Of a stretch of DNA of 64,000 bases, positions 37,801-47,461 are shown piece by piece (position 1 is the first letter of the stretch; every line of letters begins with the position of its first letter). A program made the position numbers and the translations under genes. The notes under the pieces are model-generated. The model saw nothing but the letters and a program-made list of their open reading frames with translations, had not been told where the DNA came from and did not search any database. This stretch comes from a virus: positions 1 through 64,000 of the IMG/VR virus record IMGVR_UViG_3300025101_002824; one strand, 5' to 3'.

Positions 37801-40800
37801 TAAACTAAAAGAACAAAGTTTTTCAGATTTAGCAGTAACAAATCATGCATTTCAACCTCTATTAAATAATTTAGATGCTCGTATGATAGATGGTACACAA
37901 GGTTTTAGATCTAAATGGACCGGTATGGAAAGTTCTGATGGAGCAGATTTTGGATTATATAGATACCCAGATCTTTTACCTTCACAATTTAGTTACTTAC
38001 CAGGAGGCTTTACAGAATTTAAAGGAACTAGAATTACACCTACAAATTATTCTGTTTCTATGCCAAATTTATTAAAAAAACCATATTTAGATAGTCATCA
38101 TGATGGATTACATATATTAGATCCATTAGCTATGGGATGGGTAAGAGGATTTGTAGATGCTGAAAACCCAGGGTTATTTATACTTAAAGAATTACAGACA
38201 GATATAAATAAAGATCCTATGTTTGATTTTTTAAGTAATAAAAATCGTTCTGAATTATTAAAAATAAAACCTCAAGTTGAAAAAAGAAATGATAAATATT
38301 TTAGCAATTTAAATGATATAAATAATAAAATAAATAATATTCAACAAAGAAAAAATGAAATATTTGGACTAGATGAATTTGCTGATGAATATAATGCTTT
38401 AGATATACAACAACAAGAATTAGCAAGACTAGCTCAAACTGGTGAAAATCTTTACCCAACATCTAGAAGAATTATGGATAATTCTGATCTTAATTTAGAG
38501 AGTTTAATTCCAATGTCTAGAATAGGGTCTAAACCATATTACAGATTTGAAAATGAAACATTAAACTTTTTACAAAATTCAGGATTTAATAAAATTGTAA
38601 TACCAAATGCTACAAGTATAAGTAATATACAAGGATGGAATGCTATGGATGGTTTAACAAAAAGTCAAAAAGGTACATTAGGTTATTATAGCAACTTACA
38701 AAAAAATCCACAATTAATAAATACAGGTAATACATATGATTTAGATAATTATAGTGGTACTATATTTGATTTACAACGTAAATCTTATAATCCATTTAAA
38801 GAGTATGGTGGACAAACTGAAGGTTATGCTTTAGATGATACACCTGATGATATAAAATATAAAACAGGTGGTCAAACATTTACTATAAAAAAAGCTCAAA
38901 AAGGAAATGCAGAAGTTACTTTTAAAGATGAATATGAACAATTTGAAAACTTTATACAAGAAGAAGAAACAAGTTGGGATTATGTAAAAAATAAAGATTC
39001 AGCAGTATTAAAACCTGATGGCAAAACATATTATAAAGTATATGAAGATGGTAAGTTTTACCCATATTATCATCAAAATTCAAATGGTACATATGAATCA
39101 GAAGCTACAATAGGTTTTGGTAGAAAAGGAGCAGATATTTTTGATACATATAAATCAGGATTATCATTAGAAGATGCTGAATTATTTAGAAAAGAAGATA
39201 TAGATAACGCATTAAGAAAAACTAAAATTTTTATTGATGCTAATTATGGAGAAACTGCATATGATAATTTACCTGCTAGAACTAAATTTATGCTTGCAGA
39301 TTATACATATAATCTTGGTAAATTAAGTAAATATCCAAAATTTGCTGATGCTATTATGACTAATAATATTGATAAAGCATTAGCAGAATATATTAGAAAT
39401 GATGAAAAAGGTGGTTCACCATTAGCTAGAAATGAAGGATATTTAAATATGTATTTACAACCATGGATAAATAATATAAATGAAGAAGAATTAAAAAGAC
39501 AAGAAGCTAATTTAAAAATGATTCAAGAATTACAAAATCAAACTGTAATTCCAGCAGATAATACTATGATTGGTACAAATCCATTTGGTGGTTTTAAAGA
39601 TGGGGGTGAACTTTTTAAAGCTCAACCAGGTACAGAAGTTAATCTGGCTGAAACATATAAATATATACCATCAGAATTTCTTAATGTGCCAGAAGGAGAG
39701 TTTACATTTGATTATAAAAATAAAGATGGTAATGTAGAAACTAGAACAGGTGTTTATAATCCACAATGGTTTGAACAAGGGTTTGAAGATTCAGATGCTT
39801 ATAATGCTTTAAGTGATGATGAAAAAATAACCTTTGCTAATAATCCATATATAAATAATGAAGGTGATATGGTTCATCCTCTATTGTGGAATAAAGAAAC
39901 TTTAGAAAAAGAAAATAAAAAAAGATTTCTTCATGGATTATATCAAAAAATGTATACCAAACAAGATGATGGTAGTTACATTTTAAATCCAGAATATGAA
40001 ACTGCGCTAGGTGATGCTAGGTATCTTACTACAACAGATGTTCCATATTCAGAAATTCTAGATGATGGGGCATTTTCTAGTACATTAGCTGCTGATCCAA
40101 ATAATACAAGTTGGTATAGAGAATTAAAACCAGAGATTTTTACTGATGGTAAAACAACGACAGGATACACATGGGATAAAGATAGTCAAGAGTTTGTACG
40201 TACATCAAATATGACATATAAAGATTTGGTAAAACAGTACAAATACATTAAAAATATGCCTGGAATGGAAGGCATTTCTAAAAAAGAATATAAAAACAGA
40301 TTACAACAAGGAGATATATATTGGCCTCAACTTCAAAGTCCAGCACAAGAAGCACAGTTTCAAGAGCAATATAAATCAATAATGAATCCAATTAAAAAGG
40401 AAGATGTACAATTACAAAAAGATTTTTATGATAATGCTATAAGTGGAGATTTATATAAACAAAAATTAATTAATCAAGGTTATGAGAATGTTGATGAAAT
40501 TATAGACATGAGAAAAGATGCTTTAGCTAATTCTAAAGTAATGTATGATGCAGATTCTAATTCTTACAGAGATGAGGCTTATGATGATGATCCTAATTTA
40601 ATTAAAAAAATTCTTGATAAAGTAACTTTTTTAAATGATCAGTATAAAGATTCAGGTATAGATTATAATTATAAAGATGTATTTTTTGCAAATCCTTATT
40701 ATACAAGAATAGGTGAAGAAAGAACAGAAGCAGATCTAAATTATGACAGCAGAAAAATAAGAAATGAAGCTGAACCAAATATATTTACTGATGATCAATT

Positions 40801-43057
40801 TCAAGCTATAATACAATCACAATATGGTCACCTAGATGTTCCAGCATTTAGAGAGCTTAGAAATAAATTAATGAGAGGTGAAACAGGCAGTAGAGCTTAT
40901 ACATCAGGATCAAGACAAGGAGATGTTGTATTAGATCCAAGACAAATTCAAGGTTTAAATATAGATATGGGTTTTGAAGGAACTCCTGCTGAATTAAAAT
41001 CACAATTAGAAGCAACATTAGCCCATGAGCTTGGTCATCAAATGGGTTCAAGTAAGTATATTAAAGATTTTAATTTAAATGATGCTGATTATAATTATAT
41101 ACAAAGTAAAATGAATGTTTCTGATGATGCAAATTCTCATGATAAATCTGTATATGAAAGAAAAGCAGATTTAGAAGCTTTAAGATATGATATGTATAAA
41201 ACTATAGGATTTAATTATGGTACAGATGTTTTAACTCCTGAAATACTTGAACAATATAAACAATACATTAAAAATAATCCTAATCCTAATTTACCAACTG
41301 AAAGAATGTTTCAGTTTTTTAATGATCAAGATATTATAGATATTAATAATACTGTAGCACAAAATTATGAAATAGGTGATGATATTGGTGATCCAATGAG
41401 TGTTAAGTATGGAGGTTCATTACCAAAAGCACAAATGTATAACTCTGAAACGCCAAGCTTTGGTGAAATAGCATTAGCATTAGAAAGACAAAAAAGATTA
41501 TATGAACCTTACGGTGGTTATGAGAATTTTGTTAAAATGGATGATTTTAATAGGTATCAAGGATATTTAAAAGATGGTGATATAGAATCTGCTAATCTTT
41601 TATTTCCACAATTTGCTAATATGAGTTTTGGTGATTATTATGGTCAAACTAGAGATAATTTAACTGCAGCACAAAATACACAAAATCCATATCTTCGTTC
41701 TAATCTTACAAATAAAGATGCAAATAATTTTGAGTTTACATATAAAGGTAAACCATATCATCCATATTCATATGAAGAAGTAGCTACTCCTCAATTTACA
41801 GAAGTAATGCAATTTTTAGATGAAGAAATAAAAAAATATGATGGAACTCAAGAAAATAGTAATATATTTCAAAATAGAGGAGACTTATTAAAATATATTA
41901 ATGAACAATTTCCAGAAGGATCAAAAGAAAGAGCATATATAAATTATAATAAATCTGTTCAAGACGGAATTAATTCAATGGTTTCAGGTTATGATCAAAA
42001 TTTACCATATGTACCAGAAGGATTTGATTTTGATAAAGATTATAATTATGAAAATATTAATATTGATTTTAATAATAATAATTTAAATAATCCTTATATA
42101 AATAATCTTAATACTCTTCCGCCAGATAATACAAGAGTAGTTACAAATCAAGTTAATTTTAATGATATACAAAAACTAAATAATAATCGTTCAAATCAAA
42201 CATTTATAAGTCAAGATAATAGAACTATTGGAGAAAGACAACGGGCTGCAGAATATACAGAAGCATATAAACAACATGAAGAACGGATGAAAAAAGGTAT
42301 AGCACCTAATATGATGTGGTTATATTCAACTGCACCAGCTTTTCAAGGTGCAGGTGGATATGAAAGAGCTGTAGAAGATTATAATTATAATCCAATTAAT
42401 GCATGGTCACCAATAGAAATTGCAGCTAGTACAGTTTTACCTTTTAAAGGTTATAATACAGTTATGTCTACACCTTTAAATGTAGTAAAAAATATACCAG
42501 GCAGAATAAAAAATGTAATTAAAGGTACAAGAGGAAGTGTACCATCAACAACAGTTAGAGGTAGTTCTATTAATCCTGTTACAGGCAGATCTTTAACATT
42601 TGGAGATTTAGCTAATGTAGGATGGGGTACTAATGCTGCAGTAAATACATTTCCTAATGCAATTAGTAATTTTCAAGAAGGTGATATTACTTCAGGTTTA
42701 GCAAATACTGCATTTGGAACATTTGAGTTAACTGGAGTACCTAGTAGTTTACTAAGAGGTTATAAAACATTACCTAATGCTGCAAAAGTATTTGGAAGTG
42801 GAAATATAGTTCCAACAACTGCTAGTGGATTACTTAATAAATATCCTAATTTAAAATATAATGAAAATATAGGAATGTTTAATACTGTTGGTAATAATCC
42901 TAATTTAAGAACATTTACAGGTATAAACCCACAATTTAATAAATCCTATGATAATATTATAGGACCAAGTATTGGACAATTACCATTATTTAAACCACAT
43001 CCATTTTATAAAGGACCTACACAATCACAATTTAGATCAATATTAAGGAACCAATAA
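34844..43057 (+). CDS. Large polyvalent protein: His-Cys protease-like, ART-like, ELQTD, GH24 lysozyme and zincin modules separated by KxGGxLxKAQxG linkers
   Basis: QHG (H251)/GVC (C302); RHAT..YGFYAS; WVR..ELQTD; TIGFG..YNLG lysozyme; HELGH (aa 2061); repeated linkers. Confidence 0.85.
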   Translation: MARKLKKLAKAQKGYVGEVEDGTFMLNPDVAYTSSRGVPGGKPQYQAVIYYDPRDPEGYFSSDLERMTPELNERYGVGNWIARPLPNVALSDTYQTIADENEANSYLKQTRKKREEIRKQFGDLELDLYKRKEGLEGYNEADYDPESKEIIELQNKLRRLGKEEEELMKTLSPLTYSDQDHFYNVNKGEFKLLDDALFESKDHLNYILNEIKLAELEEQEQQYISPVDATNKYFQDIKNLSPTGDIIIMQHGTSKVGPIMYGEQERKHFGYDQTPGLTDTFAEVINETFDDASGITCYMGVCKKSDAGQRLADETNMKVNVASGNQWSGYQTNFGDTFIDRFFGTGSERPDVNYGALYGYDTYDGSGAIANKNYGGDIDYGITPNASDTFSGYSNQTAPPVEIISDADYAAQQRQDLINQSVASNQNQGVIYSKNQQNLDRLKKSNSLVALYSGLKDTYDALTDDGKYGGSLPKLQPGGKAGLLKYGINALKYTPKKIRPDLLKLIRTNNPNLDLRGINQTFDFNPQLIGVNELNLKGIDFGNLTDYEKAVISNINQPDFQPVGNFADLAKNYSQFNVDKNFAIDAANMAVDLKEINPKFYIELLTKGKPSSFMNEIFADPRIPIFNARNPVIGNQEIDWDNRHATKLRDNFTNEFEKNLRSYGKYGFYASGVPLQGATSFQRLTSNPKNRFNNFSFKTKPYGENVSYVQEPSYQYIDINTPVADYVVNAGLMNVDPITNLATFRGRGEMANQHNFLLGRTNSPSLILSGDEGFANTSGGNTIRKNIAGISTPGRGKNVLDINAQIAPLLTEKFSLNTPFEGTFMKFPRIQTYRRKTDGSMPRKSFISDYLGREFELSDWDYKAFVEDPNMPLLERNLTREEFNLLDPFKKRQYFDEQGILFDPLESLYKKEGGALAKAQKGKIVTRLADNFFSGFNNMITKKPFLPVKQFDKFLLKNFNKGEAMFIENTLKNNPSLISNNQIDLSKLKEQSFSDLAVTNHAFQPLLNNLDARMIDGTQGFRSKWTGMESSDGADFGLYRYPDLLPSQFSYLPGGFTEFKGTRITPTNYSVSMPNLLKKPYLDSHHDGLHILDPLAMGWVRGFVDAENPGLFILKELQTDINKDPMFDFLSNKNRSELLKIKPQVEKRNDKYFSNLNDINNKINNIQQRKNEIFGLDEFADEYNALDIQQQELARLAQTGENLYPTSRRIMDNSDLNLESLIPMSRIGSKPYYRFENETLNFLQNSGFNKIVIPNATSISNIQGWNAMDGLTKSQKGTLGYYSNLQKNPQLINTGNTYDLDNYSGTIFDLQRKSYNPFKEYGGQTEGYALDDTPDDIKYKTGGQTFTIKKAQKGNAEVTFKDEYEQFENFIQEEETSWDYVKNKDSAVLKPDGKTYYKVYEDGKFYPYYHQNSNGTYESEATIGFGRKGADIFDTYKSGLSLEDAELFRKEDIDNALRKTKIFIDANYGETAYDNLPARTKFMLADYTYNLGKLSKYPKFADAIMTNNIDKALAEYIRNDEKGGSPLARNEGYLNMYLQPWINNINEEELKRQEANLKMIQELQNQTVIPADNTMIGTNPFGGFKDGGELFKAQPGTEVNLAETYKYIPSEFLNVPEGEFTFDYKNKDGNVETRTGVYNPQWFEQGFEDSDAYNALSDDEKITFANNPYINNEGDMVHPLLWNKETLEKENKKRFLHGLYQKMYTKQDDGSYILNPEYETALGDARYLTTTDVPYSEILDDGAFSSTLAADPNNTSWYRELKPEIFTDGKTTTGYTWDKDSQEFVRTSNMTYKDLVKQYKYIKNMPGMEGISKKEYKNRLQQGDIYWPQLQSPAQEAQFQEQYKSIMNPIKKEDVQLQKDFYDNAISGDLYKQKLINQGYENVDEIIDMRKDALANSKVMYDADSNSYRDEAYDDDPNLIKKILDKVTFLNDQYKDSGIDYNYKDVFFANPYYTRIGEERTEADLNYDSRKIRNEAEPNIFTDDQFQAIIQSQYGHLDVPAFRELRNKLMRGETGSRAYTSGSRQGDVVLDPRQIQGLNIDMGFEGTPAELKSQLEATLAHELGHQMGSSKYIKDFNLNDADYNYIQSKMNVSDDANSHDKSVYERKADLEALRYDMYKTIGFNYGTDVLTPEILEQYKQYIKNNPNPNLPTERMFQFFNDQDIIDINNTVAQNYEIGDDIGDPMSVKYGGSLPKAQMYNSETPSFGEIALALERQKRLYEPYGGYENFVKMDDFNRYQGYLKDGDIESANLLFPQFANMSFGDYYGQTRDNLTAAQNTQNPYLRSNLTNKDANNFEFTYKGKPYHPYSYEEVATPQFTEVMQFLDEEIKKYDGTQENSNIFQNRGDLLKYINEQFPEGSKERAYINYNKSVQDGINSMVSGYDQNLPYVPEGFDFDKDYNYENINIDFNNNNLNNPYINNLNTLPPDNTRVVTNQVNFNDIQKLNNNRSNQTFISQDNRTIGERQRAAEYTEAYKQHEERMKKGIAPNMMWLYSTAPAFQGAGGYERAVEDYNYNPINAWSPIEIAASTVLPFKGYNTVMSTPLNVVKNIPGRIKNVIKGTRGSVPSTTVRGSSINPVTGRSLTFGDLANVGWGTNAAVNTFPNAISNFQEGDITSGLANTAFGTFELTGVPSSLLRGYKTLPNAAKVFGSGNIVPTTASGLLNKYPNLKYNENIGMFNTVGNNPNLRTFTGINPQFNKSYDNIIGPSIGQLPLFKPHPFYKGPTQSQFRSILRNQ

Positions 43058-43126
43058 AATAATTTTATAATCACTTGCAAGTTATATAAAAAAGTTTATA
43101 ACTTTGCAACCAAAAACATTAATAAG

Positions 43127-43414
43127 ATGAGTTTTAGTTACGAAGAATATAGCAAAATGACAGAAATGGAACAATTAAAAAATGAAGAAAAGTTCATATA
43201 TCATGCATTTACTAATTCGTATTACCTTCTTATAGGAGGGAAAAAACTTGAAGATGTTGTTAATGTAGAAAAATTAGAATCATTTATATTTATGCATGAT
43301 ATTACAGATACTCCTACTAAGGATGATGTACAAAATCTTATAGATTATTTTGCTGAAAGAGATGATTTTGAAAAATGTATTAAACTTAGAGATAAGTATA
43401 ATACAAATAAATAA
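43127..43414 (+). CDS. Hypothetical protein with UVR-like motif
   Basis: AERDDFEKCIKLRD; upstream TAACTTTG. Confidence 0.65.
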   Translation: MSFSYEEYSKMTEMEQLKNEEKFIYHAFTNSYYLLIGGKKLEDVVNVEKLESFIFMHDITDTPTKDDVQNLIDYFAERDDFEKCIKLRDKYNTNK

Positions 43415-43429
43415 TTTTAAACTTTAAAT

Positions 43430-44095
43430 ATGCCAACGGCAAATAAAGCAAAGACTCCTCCAAAAGGAGCAATCAGATTTTCAATTTCACTATCTGATGA
43501 GCAAAAAAAAGCAAAAGCAGAAATTTTAAAAACACCTTATAATTTTATTGTAGGTAGAGCTGGTAGCGGTAAAACATTACTTGCAGTACAAATAGCTTTA
43601 GATCAATTTTTTAAAAGACAATACAATAAAATAATTATAACAAGACCTACTGTTTCTACTGAAGATAATGGGTTTTTACCTGGTTCTGAACGTGAAAAAA
43701 TGGAACCTTGGCTAGTACCAATTAGATCTAATATGAGAAAGGTTTATAACAAACCTCAACTTTTAGATAAAATGGAAAAGGATGAAACTATAGAATTATG
43801 CTCTCTGGCGCATTTTAGAGGCCGTACATTTGATAACTCTATTGTAATAGTAGATGAGTTCCAAAACTTAACTAGAAGTCAATTAGCAATGGCTATTGGA
43901 AGACTAGGTAAAGACTCTAAAATGATTTTTTGTGGTGATTCATATCAAATAGATTTAAAAGATAAGAACTATTCAGCATATCATGATATGTCAAAACTAG
44001 TAAATTCAAAACATGTATTTAAAACTGTATTAGAAGATTCACATAGACATGATGCAATAGAAGAACTACTTGATCTTTTAAACGGTTATCACTAA
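43430..44095 (+). CDS. phoH: PhoH-family ATPase
   Basis: GRAGSGKT, ITRP, GFLPG, RGRTF, VDEFQN, GDSYQ.D. Confidence 0.93.
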   Translation: MPTANKAKTPPKGAIRFSISLSDEQKKAKAEILKTPYNFIVGRAGSGKTLLAVQIALDQFFKRQYNKIIITRPTVSTEDNGFLPGSEREKMEPWLVPIRSNMRKVYNKPQLLDKMEKDETIELCSLAHFRGRTFDNSIVIVDEFQNLTRSQLAMAIGRLGKDSKMIFCGDSYQIDLKDKNYSAYHDMSKLVNSKHVFKTVLEDSHRHDAIEELLDLLNGYH

Positions 44096-44202
44096 TAAAT
44101 TAAACTTATTTTATTTAATTTTTAAAAAAATTTATAAAAGTAAACCTTTATTGTTTATTTTTTTGTATATTTGTAATGTATATTAACCATAAAAATAAAA
44201 AA

Positions 44203-44472
44203 ATGGCAAAAGAAAAAGTTGAGCTGTCTGAAGAACAAATGGCAGCTAAAAGAGAAGAGTTAACAATCTTCTACAAAGAAAACATTGTGCATTTAAAAGC
44301 ACAATTAGAGTATGAAGAATGTCTAAGAGACATAGAAAAAGCTAGAGCTGAAAGAGTTCAAGCACAAATGTTTTTAGCACAAGCAATGGGAGCTAGTACT
44401 GAAGAATCTAATGATACACCTGATGAAGTACCTGCAAAAAGAACTTTAAAAAAGGTGGCAGATGAAGTATAG
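44203..44472 (+). CDS. Hypothetical coiled-coil protein
   Basis: ATG 44203 after an A-run; promoter TATATTTG at 44166-44173. Confidence 0.7.
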   Translation: MAKEKVELSEEQMAAKREELTIFYKENIVHLKAQLEYEECLRDIEKARAERVQAQMFLAQAMGASTEESNDTPDEVPAKRTLKKVADEV

Positions 44473-45085
44473 TAGAGAACATATTAAAAGATCTGTAGAA
44501 TCTAAAGGTTATAAATGGTTTGAAAACGGAGATTTCAATGTAAATATTGTAGGTATTAGAAATGCTGAAACAGCTGGAAAAGTTACAAATAAATTTGATG
44601 ATACAATAACTATTTCTTATAAAGAAAATGGAGTTTGGAAATATTATGAATTTGATTGTACTACTGATCCAGGATCACATTACATGGATGCTCCTATAGT
44701 TAAATCAAAAGGTACTGCAATACTAAAAGAAGGGCAGTATAGAGGATCTCATAAAATTAGAAAACACCAAGGTAGATATGAAGCTTTAGGTCAATGTAAA
44801 CCTGTTACTGTATATAGAGATAACAACAGAGATGATGTATATAATCTAAATACAGAAAACTTAGATACAGGTTTGTTTGGTATAAATATTCATAGAGCAA
44901 CTAAATATGCTGGTAAAAAATCAACACAAGTAGATAAGTGGTCTGCTGGTTGTCAGGTTATTGCAGACAATGATGATTGGAGATTTTTCATGAAAGTCAT
45001 GAGAAAAGCAAGAGATACTTGGAGTAACAGTTTCACTTATACTTTACTTAACAGCAATGATATTGTTAAAACATGGCTGTCGTAA
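44462..45085 (+). CDS. L,D-transpeptidase (YkuD)-like His-Cys protein, putative endolysin
   Basis: TTDPG...GINIHRA...WSAGCQV. Confidence 0.7.
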   Translation: MKYSREHIKRSVESKGYKWFENGDFNVNIVGIRNAETAGKVTNKFDDTITISYKENGVWKYYEFDCTTDPGSHYMDAPIVKSKGTAILKEGQYRGSHKIRKHQGRYEALGQCKPVTVYRDNNRDDVYNLNTENLDTGLFGINIHRATKYAGKKSTQVDKWSAGCQVIADNDDWRFFMKVMRKARDTWSNSFTYTLLNSNDIVKTWLS

Positions 45086-45426
45086 AAAAAGTAGATAAAA
45101 GGATTAGAGTTTCTAAAGATGATATTATAAAATATCAAATAGTTACTTATTGTTTTTTAAATGATATTCAAATAAGTAAAGCTGATTTAGATTGTTTATG
45201 TGAATTAGCAAAACTTAAAACTACAGAATTAAATAAATTTTGTAAAGTAATATCTGAAAAACAAATTTTTAAAAGTGCTCAATCATGCAGAAATGCTATT
45301 CAAAAAGCAAAAAGTAAAGGCTTGATTAAAAAAGACAATAAAAAAATCCTATTATCAGAAAATATTCAGTTGCAAGTTGATGGTACTATTTTATTAGATT
45401 TTAAAATTCTTAGTGTTGAAGAATAA
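45073..45426 (+). CDS. Putative wHTH protein
   Basis: FKSAQSCRNAIQKAKSKGLI. Confidence 0.55.
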   Translation: MAVVKKVDKRIRVSKDDIIKYQIVTYCFLNDIQISKADLDCLCELAKLKTTELNKFCKVISEKQIFKSAQSCRNAIQKAKSKGLIKKDNKKILLSENIQLQVDGTILLDFKILSVEE

Positions 45427-45787
45427 CATAAAACCTAAAACTTATAAAACATTTTATAAGGATATTGCAAAAGAATGTGAAGTACATGAAAATTTGGTAG
45501 AGGAATTTGTTAGATTCTTTTATAACAAAGTAAGACATGAACTAGAAGAATTAAATAATACTAGAGTTCTTTTACCAAATTTAGGTACTTTTATAATAAG
45601 AAAAAATAGATTAGAAAGATCTATAAAAAGACATAAAGATATGTTAGGTAATATGGAAAAAACTACATATTCTGGATATGGTAAACATTTACCAGTAAAA
45701 GAAAAACTTATTAAAATGGAAAAAACATTAGACCGTATAAATATAGAAATAGATAATAAAAAAAATTGGAAAAATGAAACTAGGTAA
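45413..45787 (+). CDS. HU/IHF-like DNA-binding protein
   Basis: KDIAKE...VEEFV..F...V...L...RVLLPNLGTF. Confidence 0.65.
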   Translation: MLKNNIKPKTYKTFYKDIAKECEVHENLVEEFVRFFYNKVRHELEELNNTRVLLPNLGTFIIRKNRLERSIKRHKDMLGNMEKTTYSGYGKHLPVKEKLIKMEKTLDRINIEIDNKKNWKNETR

Positions 45788-46094
45788 ATTATTAGGAGCA
45801 ATAAAACATTTAGATCAAGTATATGAAGGTGTTAAAAATAATATTTGGAAAAAAGACTATGTAGAAATTATTGCAGGAGATAGATATAGCATATGTAAAG
45901 AATGTGATTATCTAGATATAAAAGGTAGTCACTGTGCTGCTTCAGGTACTCAACCTTGTTGTGCAAATTGTGGATGTAGTCTTGCTTTTAAAACAAGAGC
46001 ATTATCTTCTTCATGTCCAAGTGGTAAATGGGATGCTATAATGTCAGATCAAGATGAAAAAGCATTAAATGAAATAATGAGTAAAAAGAAATAA
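45774..46094 (+). CDS. Cys-rich hypothetical protein
   Basis: R..IC..C...CC..CGC.L..KTR...CP.GKW. Confidence 0.7.
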   Translation: MKLGKLLGAIKHLDQVYEGVKNNIWKKDYVEIIAGDRYSICKECDYLDIKGSHCAASGTQPCCANCGCSLAFKTRALSSSCPSGKWDAIMSDQDEKALNEIMSKKK

Positions 46095-46096
46095 TT

Positions 46097-46930
46097 ATGG
46101 CAGTAGTTTTTAAAGAAGATGGGCATATATATCAAAGTTTAGATGAAAATTTAGAAAAAGATAAAATAAACTGGACAAGTGTTACTTCTTTTATTGCTAA
46201 GTTTAAACCTAAGTTTGATAAAGAAGCTGTTGCAAAAAAATCTTGTAAGAATAAACGTTCAAAATGGTATGGTCTTAAACCTAAAGAAGTTATAAATATT
46301 TGGGAAAAAGAAAGTCAAAGAGCTATTGATTTAGGTAATTGGTATCATAATCAGAGAGAATCAGATATGCTTGATTTTAAGACTATAGAACGTGAAGGTG
46401 TAGAAATACCTATTATAAAACCAATAGTTGATTCTAATGGTGTTAAAATAGCCCCTAATCAAAAATTAGAACCTGGTGTTTATCCAGAACATTTTGCTTA
46501 TCTAAAATCTGCATGTATTTGTGGTCAAGCAGATTTAGTAGAAATAGTTAACGGAAAAGTAAACATTACAGATTATAAAACAAATAAAGAAATAAAAGAA
46601 AAAGGTTTTGTAAACTGGGAAGGTATAACATCTAAAATGTTTAAACCTTTAACTCATCTTGATGATTGTAATTTAAATCATTATAATATACAATTAAGTT
46701 TATATATGTATATTATCCTTAAGCATAATCCAAAATTAAAACCTGGTAAATTAACAATACAACATGTATCTTTTGAAAAAGAAAAAGATGATAAAAATGG
46801 TTATCCAATAAATAAGTATGATTCTAATGGAGAACCTATTATAAAAGAAATAAAAATGTATAACCTACCATATTTAAAAGATGAAGTAAGAAGTCTAATA
46901 ATGTGGATAAAAGACAACCCATTATGTTAG
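46097..46930 (+). CDS. PD-(D/E)XK nuclease
   Basis: H.Y...SVT...G..YH...E...GQADL...ITDYKTN...Y..QLSLY. Confidence 0.8.
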   Translation: MAVVFKEDGHIYQSLDENLEKDKINWTSVTSFIAKFKPKFDKEAVAKKSCKNKRSKWYGLKPKEVINIWEKESQRAIDLGNWYHNQRESDMLDFKTIEREGVEIPIIKPIVDSNGVKIAPNQKLEPGVYPEHFAYLKSACICGQADLVEIVNGKVNITDYKTNKEIKEKGFVNWEGITSKMFKPLTHLDDCNLNHYNIQLSLYMYIILKHNPKLKPGKLTIQHVSFEKEKDDKNGYPINKYDSNGEPIIKEIKMYNLPYLKDEVRSLIMWIKDNPLC

Positions 46931-47442
46931 CTAAATTATTTGATGTACAAAACGGTAAAGTAATACCATCAGAACATTGTTATTCTTTAAAAACATTAAA
47001 AAATATTATGGATAAATATCCAGATACTTATATGCAAGTTTATTTATATATTTTTTATATGACTTGTCCTGATCCAGATATGAATCCATTTTTTAATATG
47101 CCAGAACATGAAAAAGAAGAATTAATTGTAGATGAAATAGGTTTAGAAGAATCTTCTGAAGATGAATCTATTAGAAATGCTGTTAGGTTTTGTGAAGATT
47201 TATATCAAACACCAACATATAGAGCATATAAAGGAATTAAAACAATGCTTGATAGATTAGCAAGATATATGGAAACTACATCTATTGAACACGGTAGAGA
47301 TGGCAACCTAACATCATTAGTAAATACTGCTGCTAAATTTGAACAAATAAGACAATCATTTAAAGGGGCATATAATGATATGAAAGATGAACAAAAAAGT
47401 CAAGTACGTGGAGGACAAGGCTTGGCTTATGATCAAATGTAA
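46924..47442 (+). CDS. Hypothetical protein, possible terminase small subunit
   Basis: Helical protein just upstream of TerL; function by position only. Confidence 0.5.
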   Translation: MLAKLFDVQNGKVIPSEHCYSLKTLKNIMDKYPDTYMQVYLYIFYMTCPDPDMNPFFNMPEHEKEELIVDEIGLEESSEDESIRNAVRFCEDLYQTPTYRAYKGIKTMLDRLARYMETTSIEHGRDGNLTSLVNTAAKFEQIRQSFKGAYNDMKDEQKSQVRGGQGLAYDQM

Positions 47443-47461
47443 TAACCAAAAATAAAAAAAA

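Noticed and set aside
34844-43057. Giant ORF as the crAss-like virion RNA polymerase or a tape measure protein
   Set aside because: No DxDxD-type RNAP catalytic motif in a recognisable context and no tape-measure periodicity; content is modular enzymes
43430-44095. PhoH as a novel auxiliary gene
   Set aside because: Very common in marine phages; listed as a feature only
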